A stretch of DNA of 64,000 nucleotides, from NCBI RefSeq assembly GCF_006345805.1, contig NC_042997.1, positions 180,916,001 to 180,980,000 of the forward strand, in the 5' to 3' direction. The notes below the pieces were generated by a model that had not been told where the DNA came from, searched no databases, and saw nothing but the letters and a program-made list of their open reading frames with translations. Every line of letters begins with the position of its first letter. The stretch's first letter is position 1. Below, piece after piece: positions 39,375-51,343 of this stretch. The stretch comes from Octopus sinensis (lineage: Eukaryota). Made by a program: the position numbers and the translations under genes.

Positions 39375-41438
39375 TTTATTTCATAAGATTTGCCACTAGG
39401 GCAGTACAAAGAGTAGCTGCGGGCTGGACAAAAAACATTAATGAATGATGGTGATGGATGAAGATGGTGATGAGAGAAGACGAAAGCGCCCGCCGACTTT
39501 CGCTTCTCTAAGACATTGTACTTTTTTTAAAAATTTGACAAAAAATTCAATAAATTATTACAAATTTTAAAAGAGGCAATAAACCTCTTTTTCAGTATAA
39601 TACAAAATGTTCAAATAGGCCTATGTAACCCGGCCGACCATCGCTCTTGCCTCACCGAGGCAATAATCGCTGGTCAGGTCGTGGTCCAAAGGTATAATTT
39701 GGAATGAGTCCATCGGGAAGGAACCCACGATCCTGCCTAGATTACCCCTCCCCATGACCTCCGCAGCCAGCTGCGAAGGCCACTCGGGGTCCTCCGTGCA
39801 GGACCGAAGTCCCTCCCAATGGCCTCCCTTTCTCATTTTACGCACTGTATTTTCCACTGTTCCTCCTTTGAAAAATAGAGCACAAATTTTTCCACAAATT
39901 GTCCCTCAGGCGGCACACCCGCCTGAGAAGACTTGGGAGACGCCGTCTGCGCATCACAATCCGCCGGCGGCGTTCCGTTTCTCTTTTTTTCTTCTTTCTG
40001 CCTTGGGCCACGGGAGGTTGAGGTTCCGGAGTTGCACACACCGGGTTCTCCTCTCCCGCAGTTTCCAGGTCTTTTGGTGGGTCGCCATTGCTCCCCACTT
40101 TTCTTTTTCTTTTAGAGGAAGTCTTTGTTTCCTCACTCTGTTTCTCTCCCTCCATTGGGGAGGGGGCAGGGAGAGGCTCCGATATCAACTGCTCAAGGAT
40201 CCTACGTTGGTCCCTGGGGCAGTTCTTCTTAATGTGGCCGGTCTCCAGACACAGGTGACACTTGGGGGGGGGCGTCCCTCAAGCAACACCGGATACCTGT
40301 ACCCGGCCATCCGAAGAAAGTCCGACAAGACCAGACTTTTGGCTGATTGGGTCCATAGGGTCAAAGTGGCCTTTGACCCCTCCCAATCAGCCGCAGGCTG
40401 TATTTTCACATTTAGGAGCTTGGCGCTGCTACCACCCAGACCCCGGCGGATAGAGTCCTCTACCCACTCGGGTTCAATGCCGGGTGGTAGGCCGCAGATC
40501 CACACTCTCAACAATTTTTCTCCCTTGTAGTTAGGGAGAAACAAAATCACCTTGCCCTCAATGGGCTTGTTTGCAAAGTTGCAAACTGCTTTAGGGGAGT
40601 CAAACAGCAACCAAACCGTTGCGTATTTGACTCCCCGTGCAATGTATTTAACGGCTGGCATATAGTCTGCCAGCTCGTTAATGATAGTTGCCTTTGGAAA
40701 AACAGCTATGGTGTTGAGCGACTTTGAATAAGTCCTCAACACCACGGTCTTGTCCTCTAGCTCCTTCAAGTATTTTTTGGGAGGTGCTAGGTCCCACACA
40801 ATAAGTTCCTTTGTCATTTTGTAACGGAATTCAATAAAAGTTCAACAGGTGTAAAAATAAATACGATAGAAAGAGTGAGAAGAGAAAACACAACAGAAGA
40901 GAAGAATTACAATAAAAATGACAGTTCAAAAAGAGTTCTTTTTTTTAAATAAAAGATAGCTGGAAGGAAGAGAGTTCAAATTTGGCAAAGGAATTAATTT
41001 TTTGGCCGAAAAGGTACTCCTAGCCAAGCGTTCAAAACAGTCCTTGGTTACTCTTGGTGCTTCTTGGTAAATCCAAAAAACAGTCCTTGAATATCCTTGG
41101 TGCTTCTTGGTAAATCCAATTTGAATTAATTTTTGAGGAGGGGCTACGCCTCCTCAAAAAAACACAATTCTCACTGCAAAGTGAGTCTTTATACCCGACA
41201 ACAGGCAGGAAAAAATACCTGGAGCAAAGTGAAGTCTATTATCTGCTAAAAAATATTAATGCTAAATAACATTAAATGCTAAAAACATTAACAGCAAGCA
41301 ATAAACCTCACTAAGCTCCTAAAAATGTAAAACGCCTACCTGTCGTCGAGTCAAAAAGTTCAACAAAAGTTCAATAATTCACGCAGCAACACGTGACATT
41401 TGGAGCAGCCAAAAAAACACGTCTGAACACGTCAGAGA
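39375..41438 (-). mobile_element. 2064-bp ORF1-only non-LTR-type retroelement with a 12-bp TSD
   Basis: TSD ttagcaagctac at 39363-39374 and 41439-41450. It has a ~620-bp 5' UTR, a gag-like ORF ~40817-39621 and a ~245-bp 3' UTR ending GAAATAAA. No APE or RT motifs are visible. Confidence 0.8.
39621..40817 (-). pseudogene. LINE ORF1-like nucleic-acid-binding protein (RRM-like region plus CCHC knuckle), broken by small frameshifts
   Basis: 210-aa ORF with RVWICGLPPGIEPEWV...YPVLLEGRPP. Removing one G from the G9 run at 40264-40272 gives KCHLCLETGHIKKNCPR (C-X2-C-X4-H-X4-C, 40219-40260), followed by a K/R/E/P-rich tail. Confidence 0.7.
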
Positions 41439-41915
41439 TTAGCAAGCTACATACCACACAGCCACTCCTGCGCCTATATATGTATATATTTCGTTATATT
41501 TGGATTCATTTTTCAATTGTTTCAACTTGCGTTAAATTTCAAAATGTAAACTTCAAATAAAGAAATTTGGAATATGTTTCTTTACTGTAGTATACAACTT
41601 TTACACTTGCAACCTGAAAGGTGTTGCTTGATAACAATCAATAAAAGTCGAGTGCAAATCCACTTTATTCAGCAGTATAGACAGTGCCAATGAATATGCT
41701 TCTCCCTCAATTATTAACAAACAGCCTTGAACATTGCAGTACATCGAAAGAATAAAAGGACCTGATATAACAAAATTGAATTAAATGAATGAATTTTGCA
41801 TATACATAAGTGAAAGAATATTAAATATATTCAGATTCAAGTTCATAGATGTGTATATACTTTTGTATATGCATATTTCATATATGCTAGTACATGTGCT
41901 TAACTATAAGCATAT

Positions 41916-42290
41916 GGATGGAAGCACTGCGTCGGTTACGACGACGAGGGTTCCGGTTGATCCGATCAACGGAACAGCCTGCTCGTGAAATTAACGTGTA
42001 AGTGGCTGAGCACTCCACATACACGTGTACCCTTAACGTAGTTCTCGGGGATATCCAGCGTGACACAGAGAGTGACAAGGCCGGCCCTTTGAAATACAGG
42101 TACAACAGAAACAGGAAGTAAGAGTGAGAGAAAGTTGTGGTGAAAGAGTACAGCAGGGATCACCACCATCCCCGCGGGAGCCTCGTGTAGCTTTAGGTGT
42201 TTTCGCTCAATAAACACTCACAACGCCCGGTCTGGGAATCGAAACCGCGATCCTACGACCGCGAGTCCGCCGCCCTAACCACTGGGCAGC
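41916..42290 (-). mobile_element. SINE family C (tRNA-derived head)
   Basis: Reverse complement of CCCAGTGGTTAGGGC..GGACTCGCGGTC..AGGATCGCGGTTTCGATTCCCAGACCGGGCG plus the body shared with 50147-50536. Confidence 0.88.
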
Positions 42291-42646
42291 TCATATACGC
42301 ATATATGAGTGTAGACACACACACACACACACACACATATATATGTGTGTGTGTGTGTGTATGTGTGTGTGTCTACACTCATATATGCTTATAGTTAAGC
42401 ACATGTACTAGCATATATGAAATATGCATATACAAAAGTATATGTGTGAGTGCTGAGGGAGACTATGTAGATCTAGGTGTGCATGTATTTAAAGGAAAAA
42501 CATTGTGATGCTGTATGTAAATATAGCAGTAAATGTATTCTGTAATGAATAAACTACACTATATATACATATTAATTTTGATCTCTTGGTGTATATATAT
42601 TGATGTTTGGTTTTGACACACATATATGAATGCACACACACACACA

Positions 42647-42685
<39 letters not shown>

Positions 42686-42945
42686 GCACAAATGCGTATT
42701 TTTCATGTTTGAGTATATGCATACAATTATTTATGGGACTTCATAGATTTTGGACGCCAAGGTTTGTCAATGTATTTGCCAGTTCTCAATTCCATATACA
42801 TATTCTTCTCCAAAAACTTACCCAGGTTGGATGGTGACAGAGTAGATGGGTGGGGAGCATGCTTGAGATTTCGAAGTTTGTTTTGGTTCTTATGAATGCA
42901 ATATTTAAAACGTCTATTGCTGATGTTATAATATTTAAGTTGTCC

Positions 42946-43348
42946 AAAGCGGCAAGCTGGCAAAAACGTTAGCACGCCGGGCGAAATGCGTAGCCGTATT
43001 TCGTCTGCCGTTACGTTCTGAGTTCAAATTCCGCCGAGGTCCACTTTGCCTTTCATCCTTTCGGGGTCGATGAATTAAGTACCAATTACGCACTGGGGTC
43101 GATATAATCGACTTAATCCGTTTGTCTGTCCTTATTTGTCCCCTCTGTGTTTAGTCCCTTGTGGGTAGTAAAGAAATAGGTATTTCGTCTGTCTTTTCGT
43201 TTTGAGTTCAAATTCCGCTGAGATCGACTTTGCTTTCATCCTGTCGGGGTCGATAGATTAAGTACCAGTTCCGTACTGGGATCGATCTAATCGACTGACA
43301 CTCTCCCCCGAAATTTCGGGCCTTGTGCCTAGAGTAGAAAAGAATATC
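42946..43348 (+). mobile_element. Dimeric SINE family B with a 10-bp TSD
   Basis: Two fused monomers enclosed by taagttgtcc at 42936-42945 and 43349-43358. Confidence 0.85.
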
Positions 43349-43499
43349 TAAGTTGTCCGTGATTCAGAATTTTCATTTCCTATCTCATCTCCCATATTTG
43401 TTGGCCTTAACTGTGATGCAAAGTTTATATGGGGGTTGTTCACGTATTTTCTTTAAGTGTCAATACTACATTGGTACCAATTACAGAGTTGTTTAGAAT

Positions 43500-44060
43500 C
43501 CATTGCATGTCATCATCAGTGTATGCTACATGTGCACAATCGTCTGCGAGGTGAAAATCTCAAACTGTTCACACCAAAGTCTTAGTTTTTGCTCAGAAGC
43601 GCTCTTGGTTGCTTTATGGTGCGGAATCTTGGACCCCATAACGAACGCATATCAATTATCTTGGCGCTTTTCATATGCGATGCTTGAGTACTGTCTCCAT
43701 TATAAAATCGTGTGACCATATTCGTGACAGTGAAGTGCTAACAAAATGTAACATATGAAGTATTGAAGCCATAATCCTCAAAATACAGCTTAGACGGTCA
43801 AGTCATCTCACATATATGAATGATATCAGAATTCCGAAGCAACTACTCTTCGGCCAATTCTCGACAAGAAGGTCGGTAGAAAAGCCACTCATGCCATTCA
43901 AAGATAAACTAAAGGACAATCTAAAGCGATGCAACTTTTCTTAATGGGAAAACAAAGCATCAGAAGGCAAGATCTGGCGCCAGTCCTGCTTGTCCTCAGT
44001 TCGAAGATTTGAGCAAAGTCGATTCCAGCATCGGGACCAAGTTTGTGCAAGCATGAATGC
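43500..44060 (-). pseudogene. Heavily decayed RTE-clade LINE reverse transcriptase
   Basis: Minus-strand translation gives QIFELR...LLMLCFPIKK..ALDCPLVYL, then ...AKTKTLV*TV*DFHLADDCAHVAYTDDDMQ, resembling RTE IFTLRQ..FVDLKKAFD and AKTK..LFADDCAL.AH.E.DMQ. Confidence 0.6.
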
Positions 44061-44322
44061 ATGCTAGTAAAACGTTGATCCTCGAAATGAAAACCTAACT
44101 TGTCATTGTGGCACGGAGCAATGGAGGCCTTGCCGTCCGCTCAAGAAAACATTCAATAAATGATCCACAAATATTCAAGTAAAGTCAGTCCTCAATATAT
44201 TATCTTTGCTAAAATGTTTGAAAGGCACCAGTAGGTGTCAAGAGGGATATTTGTGTCCATAAAACATGATAAACGCTTTATTCCACTCAATGCTCATTTG
44301 TCGTTCACGATGAAAATCCATC

Positions 44323-44376
44323 ATGTGTGTGTGTGTGTGTGTGTGTGTGCTTGTGTCTGTGTGTTTGTGTGTATGT

Positions 44377-44419
<43 letters not shown>

Positions 44420-44420
44420 T

Positions 44421-44470
<50 letters not shown>
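44323..44470. repeat. (TG)n microsatellite
   Basis: Direct tandem repeats. Confidence 0.95.
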
Positions 44471-44471
<1 letters not shown>

Positions 44472-44968
44472 GCAGTATTTACAATACAATGCCTTCATTG
44501 ACAGGAAAAGACCGATCCACTGGACCATTTATTATCCTTTCTATCTGCAAAAGTTTTCTATCAAAGTTTTGGTGCCAGTAGATTTGTTTCTGACACGGAT
44601 ACGAGAATCTAAACACCAATTGATATTTGTACCAAAAATTTTTGATGCATTAGTTTTATTGTTAAAAGCATTCCTCGCCTGTAATTCGTTATATATGCAA
44701 ATTGGTCAAATAGATATACTGAACCTTGATTATGGATTCGTTCATGGGCAGTAACTCAATGCAGAATTAAATATTTCACTTCAACGGGTGGACAAAATTG
44801 CAGCATAGTGTTGAACCTAGTGTAGCTGATCAGTTTCTTTCTGTCTGCGAATATAATATGTATATACATATAAATATGGCCGCAGTCATATGACTCAACC
44901 AAAAGAATAGAAGAATATATATGTATATATATATATATATGCGTCTGTGTGTGTACACATATATAAAC

Positions 44969-45035
<67 letters not shown>

Positions 45036-45236
45036 TGCGTATATAAAGATGTATATGAAGAAAAGTGTTTACATTGTCTACATGCTTCAAAGATTTATAT
45101 ATATTTACTCTGTAGTATGCTTATACGTTTATATATATATACACACACACACATATATATATATATATGTGTGTGTGTAGTTATGTATGTATATACATAT
45201 ATATATAATGTGTATAGTTATGTATGTATATATGTA

Positions 45237-45344
<108 letters not shown>

Positions 45345-46625
45345 TGTATGTGTATATATCAACACTATTCTCGCTATTATTGCTATTATTATTGTTGTAT
45401 ACATATATGCACGTGCATGTTTATATGTGGGTGTACATGTTTCTATATAATAATAATGTATCTGTCTACGAGATTATCTATCTCAAGTGGTATACATTCT
45501 TAAATGATGTGAGCTATCGAAACTTCTTTTTTTTTATATATATATTTACTGCTTTTTCAATAGCTCATCTAAACTCGTGTGTTGCCATGTAAATGTGATC
45601 TATCTACTAATGCTCGTATATAAATATGCAGTTATCTCTATTAGTGTGTTAATGTGCTTTTTTTTCCCCTTCTATATTTGTTTGTTTATGCGTTTGAGAG
45701 TTTATGTTTGTACGTCTGTTTCTAACGTATAAGCGAATGAGCTTTAGGTGGTGTATGAGGATAAAAACGTTTTTTCCTTACTATGTGAACGTATGCGCAT
45801 CCTTGCAATAATATCTTTTTCCATGCGGTTGTTTGACATTTATATCTCGTTGTCCTGCATCTAAATTGCTGCTAGAGGTAGTTGCTGTTGCTATAGCGAA
45901 AATCTATTTCCTTGTTGCTCTTTATATTTTTACCTATTTCAGATGCTGATGCTCTTTCTGTATTTTCTTCTTTTGGTAATTTTGTTGTAGATGTTTATAC
46001 TCTCACATTTCTTTTTAGTCTTGTTATTACCGTTATTGTCGTCGTTCTTATTGTTGTTGGCGTTGCTGATATTCTCATTTTAGTCGCTATCACATATCCA
46101 TTTCTCTATATTTTGTTTGTACTCATTTTTTTACAAGCATTACTCTAACGTTTGTTGCACATCTTGTTGTTTGACTTGTTGTTGTAGTTGCAGTTGTTCT
46201 TCTTGATGTTATGGTGGTTTTTTGTTATTTTCAGTGTTGTTAATGGGAGTTGGATCACGGTTAATCTTCTTGTTATTGATGCTAATATTGTTGCTGTTGC
46301 TTCCATTTTAGCTGTTGCTATTCTGTTGCTGTCGATGTTACAGTTTGTGTAGCGCTGTTGTTCATTATTTCTTCATTTATTTAAATGAATACATCCGGCC
46401 ATTTGCTTATGTAAGAAATCAGTATTATACTCTTTAATTTATTTATTTAAATATGTAAACATGTTGATATGTAAAGTATTTTTCCTTACGAAACACTGGA
46501 CCTCGAGTTTAGTTTAAACCACATTTAAGAACAATGAGGGAAGAAGACATTATCGGTGAAAGGAAACGTTCCAACAAATACATCGCGGGGTGGTGCGGAA
46601 GACGAAAGCTATATTGTCTTGCTCA

Positions 46626-47112
46626 AAGGCGGTGAGATGGCAGAAACGTTATCACGCCGGGCCAAATGCGTAGCCGTATTACGTCTGCCGTTACGTTCTG
46701 AGTTCAAATTCCGCCGAGGTCCACTTTGCCTTTCATCCTTTCCGGGTCGATAAATTAAGTACCATTTACGCACTGGGGTCGATATAATCGACTTAATCCG
46801 TTTGTCTGTCCTTGTTTGTCCCCTCTATTTTTAGCCCCTTGTGAGCAATAAAGAAATATATATTGTCTTGCTCAACCTGGAAGGCGGCGAGCTGGCAGAA
46901 ACGTTAGCACGTCGGGCCAAATGCGTAGCCGTATTACGTCTGCCGTTACGTTCTGAGTTCAAATTCCGCCGAGGTCCACTTTGCCTTTCATCCTTTCCGG
47001 GTCGATAAATTAAGTACCATTTACGCACTGGGGTCGATATAATCGACTTAATCCGTTTGTCTATCCTTGTTTGTCCCCTCTATATTTAGCCCCTTGTGGG
47101 TAATAAAGAAAT
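46626..47112 (+). mobile_element. Two tandem SINE family B copies
   Basis: Copies at ~46626 and ~46881; tatattgtcttgctca occurs before, between and after them. Confidence 0.9.
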
Positions 47113-47679
47113 ATATATTGTCTTGCTCAGCCTGCTAGATATATCTGCCAACATTCTCCAAAGTCAGACCATGCTGTTTTTGAAAAGTAAATGGTATCAT
47201 GTGGTCACAGGTTCTGTCCATATAGAAAAAAAAACACAAGATGGTAACGGTGAGTGAACATCTTTGCTGTTCTTAATTAAAAAGATCACCAAAAAATCAG
47301 TACATGGGGTTTTCCAATTGCAAATAAGACAAGTTCTAATTCGAAACTGGAACACAATAACTGTACCTCAGTATTGTGGTTGATTAGTGTAACATAGATC
47401 AAAAGATACATTACTCTTCGATTATTGATTCTTCAGGTAGTAGTGAATGTATGGATCATTGCATTCTTCTTTATTTCAGTTCTATACCCTCCTGTGCAGT
47501 GAGCCGTCTTTGGATGGTTCTACAAAGATAGCATTTTTGTTTTGTTTCGTTTCCTATGAGTAGAAATTGCTAACCCTTTCGATTAACCCATCCCCACTTC
47601 TGGATAGAAAGAACACAAGCATTTGTTACCAAAGGCTCTTTACACCATGCAACATAAACGATTCTAAGAAGGTGATATA

Positions 47680-47880
47680 GAGAGAGAGGGGGGAGCGCAG
47701 AAGAGAGAAGGGGAGCGCGGAAGAGAGAGGGGGAGCGCGGAAGAGAGTGGGGAAGCGCGGAAGAGAGAGGGGGAGCGCGGAACAGAGAGGGGAGCGCGGA
47801 AGAGAGAGGGGGAGCGCGGAACAGAGAGGGGAGCGCGGAAGAGATGGGAGAGCGCGTAATAGAGAGGGGTGCGTGGAAAA
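47680..47880 (+). repeat. ~20-bp purine-rich minisatellite (GAGAGAGGGGGAGCGCGGAA)n, ~9 units
   Basis: Visible tandem units with small variants. Confidence 0.9.
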
Positions 47881-48527
47881 GAGAGCGAAGGAAAGGAGGA
47901 GGAGAGACAGAAAAATAGGCCAGTACGTAGTTGAACGAAATTTTTCTTCCTCCTGTGAAAATTAAAGCAAAGTTCAACTTGACAGGTTTGGAGCCCAAAG
48001 GCTCAGAGAGAGAAAGAGAGAAAGAGAGAGAGAGTAAGAGAGTAAGAGAGAGAGGAAGAGAGAGGGAGAGAGACAAAGCACCATATATAGCAAGAGATTC
48101 TATCCTACGTCCTCACAACTCTGCCAGGTTGCTATCTTTAAAGAACATTATCTACAACTGTCACTCGAAAGTGTCTATGATTCAAAAGTAAGCACGATGC
48201 ATTTTTAAATTGTTTTAAGTGCAAATGTGGGTGTGATCGGACATACACGTCCTCTCAATCCTGCAACCTTTGACCAAGCGAAATATAAGGATGTTGGGAT
48301 GAGAGAGTAAGAGAGTGAGGGGGGTGAGAGAGAGACTAGTGGGAGGCTGCAACATCGCTCGGCTTCTACTCTTTTCAGTAGAATAAACTGGAGCAACATA
48401 AACTGGAGAACTTTCTCAGTTTAGAACACAACAAATGATCCAAGAATCGAACCCAAGACCTTGTGATCGATGGCCCAAACCCTTAACTATTATGTCACAT
48501 AAGTTTATTAGAAGTACTGTTATATCA

Positions 48528-48761
48528 AAGGCGGCGAGTTTGCAGAAACGTTAGCACGCTAGGCGAAATGCATAGCGGTATCTCGTCTGCCGCTACGTTC
48601 TGAGTTCAAATTCCGTCGAGGTCGACTTTGCCGTCCATCCTTTCGGGGTCGATAAATTAAGTACCAGTTACGCACTGGGGTCGATATAATCGACTTAATC
48701 CGTTTGTCTGTCCTTGTTTGTCCCCTCTGTGTTTAGCCCCTTGTGGGTAGTAAAGAAATAG
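48528..48761 (+). mobile_element. SINE family B, full length, 14-bp TSD
   Basis: TSD gtactgttatatca at 48514-48527 and 48762-48775. Confidence 0.93.
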
Positions 48762-49449
48762 GTACTGTTATATCAGTGGCGTAATAATCACAAAGGATAG
48801 TGAAAATTTTCATTAACGGAGGCTCTTTTACCGAAGAAAATATTATTAATGCTCCTGAATATGCTGAGTCTGGACTACATCAGGTGTTAAAATCACATTT
48901 CTCAAAAAAGAAAAGTAAAGCTATTTTTTCGTACAGAGAATCATTGATATGAGGGACGGGCTTTGCAGCGAATTTTTATTTCGTGTCGATTGTGCTATTA
49001 GAATCATGACTTGTTCCAGATCTGCCCAAACAACCAAGAGTCTAGGTGCAAAACATTACGCTCTGAATATTTCGTCTTCTTTACACATGTAGTCTATCTA
49101 CAGAATGAGTTCTTCCATTTATCGGCCGGCAAACGGTAATGTTAATACTACAGAAGATTCTTTTTTAAGTATACTGAATTGGTAGCAAGATAAAATGCAC
49201 AGTTTTGGAGTGTTGGAGATGGAGATAGAACCGGTTGTGGATGGGGTCGTGGCGTGGTAAGGGTAATGGTGGAAGCAGTGGTCATTGTGGAGTAAGGGAA
49301 GATGTGGAATGTGGTGGTAGTTCCATGCCGTGGTTTTTATTCTGGTACATCTCTTAATTTTTTTATTTTGTTTCTAGCTTGCGATGATGATGAACATAAC
49401 GAATTATGATGATTAGTGAAGGAGCGGGAGGGAGCGGTGGAGAGAATGA

Positions 49450-49712
49450 TGATAATGATGATGATGATGATCATCATCATCATCATCATCATAACATCAT
49501 CGTCGTCGTCATCATCATCATTATCATCATGTGCAAATGAACGGCTATGTTCAGAAGCATTATAAGGAATACCTACCTTATCATCATCATAATCGTCTTC
49601 ATTATCATCATCATTATCATCATCATCATAACCATCAACAACAGCACCATCATCATCAACATTATCATAATCATCACCATCATCATCATCATCATCATCA
49701 TTTTCATCATTA
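49450..49712. repeat. (GAT)n/(CAT)n trinucleotide low-complexity tract
   Basis: Direct repeats; explains the D-rich and H-rich ORFs. Confidence 0.9.
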
Positions 49713-50146
49713 TGATTAATTAGTCTTAGTATCTTATGTTTGTCGTCGTCGTTGTCGAACAGAATCCGCTCAATGACAACTGCACAAACATGGTTCCTTT
49801 GGTTTGACCACATGTCTTCCCGCACCGTAACACGACGTCGTCCGCAAAGTTGAACCTATTCGTAATGCATTCACACCGAAACACTTCTTGGAATTAGAAT
49901 TACAGAAAGATGGACAGCTGGTAACGTGGATATGTACGATCAAATCAAACTTTGAATTGATATCTGATCCTTGTGAGTAGAGTGTCCGATGCCGAAATCA
50001 CCAGAAGTGATATCTGCGTTGGATGCCTGGGATCACTGGACTTAGTTGGCTTCTATCCCAGTCACTATATATTTACTTATTCGATCAGGCCCAGCTCATC
50101 CCAGATGGATCCGAACACAATTGCAAATATTTGAAATCGCAACTGT

Positions 50147-50536
50147 GGGTGGAAGCACTCCGTCGGTTACGACGATGAGGGTTCCGGTTGATCCGAATCA
50201 ACGGAACAGCCTGCTCGTGAAATTAACGTGTAAGTGGCTGAGCACTCCACAGACACGTGCACCCTTAACGTAGTTCTCGGGGATATTCAACGTGACACAG
50301 AGAGTGACAAGGCCGGCCCCTTGAAATACAGGTACAACAGAAACAGGAAGTAAGAGTGAGAGAAAGTTGTGGTGAAAGAGTACAGCAGGAATCACCATCA
50401 TCCTCTGTCGGAGCCTCGTGGAGCTTTTAGGTGTTTTCGCTCAATAAACACTCACAACGCCCGGTCTGGGAATCGAAACCGCGATCCTATGACCGCGAAT
50501 CCGCTGCCCTAACCACTGGGCCATTGCGCCTCCACG
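50147..50536 (-). mobile_element. SINE family C, full length, ~12-bp TSD
   Basis: Head GTGGAGGCGCAATGGCCCAGTGGTTAGGG...; flanks aatcgcaactgt and aatcgcagctgt. Confidence 0.9.
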
Positions 50537-50605
50537 AATCGCAGCTGTAAACAGTCGTAATAACATGAACAATAGTAAATATTTATTATTATTTAGTATA
50601 TTTAT

Positions 50606-50822
50606 TAAGGCAGCGAGCTGACAGATTTGTTAGCATGCCGGGCCAAATGATTTGCGACATTTCGTCTGTCTTTAAGATTCTGGGTTCAAATTCCACCAAG
50701 CGCGATTTTGCCTTTCATCCTTCGGGGTTGATAAATTAAGTACCAGTAAAGTAGTGAGTCGATATGATCGAATATCCCCCTCACCAATAATTCCAAGCCT
50801 TGTGCTTATAGGAGAAAGGATT
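50606..50822 (+). mobile_element. SINE family B, degenerate
   Basis: aaggcagcgagctgacag...gggttcaaattccacc...gccttgtgcttataggagaaaggatt. Confidence 0.8.
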
Positions 50823-50945
50823 ATATATTCTATATATTTAGCAATAAAATCTGTTAAAAAGTCCAGTAACTATTGCAGATAACTGCATCATAGTATATAT
50901 CACATTTCACATACACAAAATATTATACTACTATTCTTACCTCGA

Positions 50946-51107
50946 GCGGCTGTGTGGTAAGTAGCTTGCTTACCAACCACATGGTTCCGGGTTCAGTCCC
51001 ACTGCGTGGCACCTTGGGCAAGTGTCTTCTACTATAGCCTCGAGCCGATCAAAGCCTTGTGAGTGGATTTGGTAAACGGGAATTGAAAGAAGCCCGTTGT
51101 ATATATG

Positions 51108-51161
<54 letters not shown>

Positions 51162-51343
51162 TGTCTGTGTTTCTCCCCCCAACATCGCTTGACGACCGAT
51201 GCTGGTGTGTTTACGTCGCCGTAATTTAGCGGTTCGGCAAAATAGTTCGATAGAATAAGTACTAGGCTTACAAAGAATAAGTCCTGGTGTGCTTTAGCAT
51301 GGCCACAGTCAAATGACTGAAACAAGTAAAAGCGTAAAAGAGT
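50946..51343 (+). mobile_element. SINE family A, full length
   Basis: Head through the cagtcaaatgactgaaacaagtaaaag tail. Confidence 0.9.

Noticed and set aside
39754-40530. 258-aa plus-strand ORF
   Set aside because: It is antisense to the GC-rich ORF1-like frame and has no recognisable motif; a shadow ORF.
45912-46400. Hydrophobic 78-aa ORF
   Set aside because: It lies in GTT/TTG low-complexity sequence; compositional artefact.
49780-50130. FADDVVL on the minus strand as an RT remnant
   Set aside because: A single short motif; the flanking RT motifs are not recognisable.
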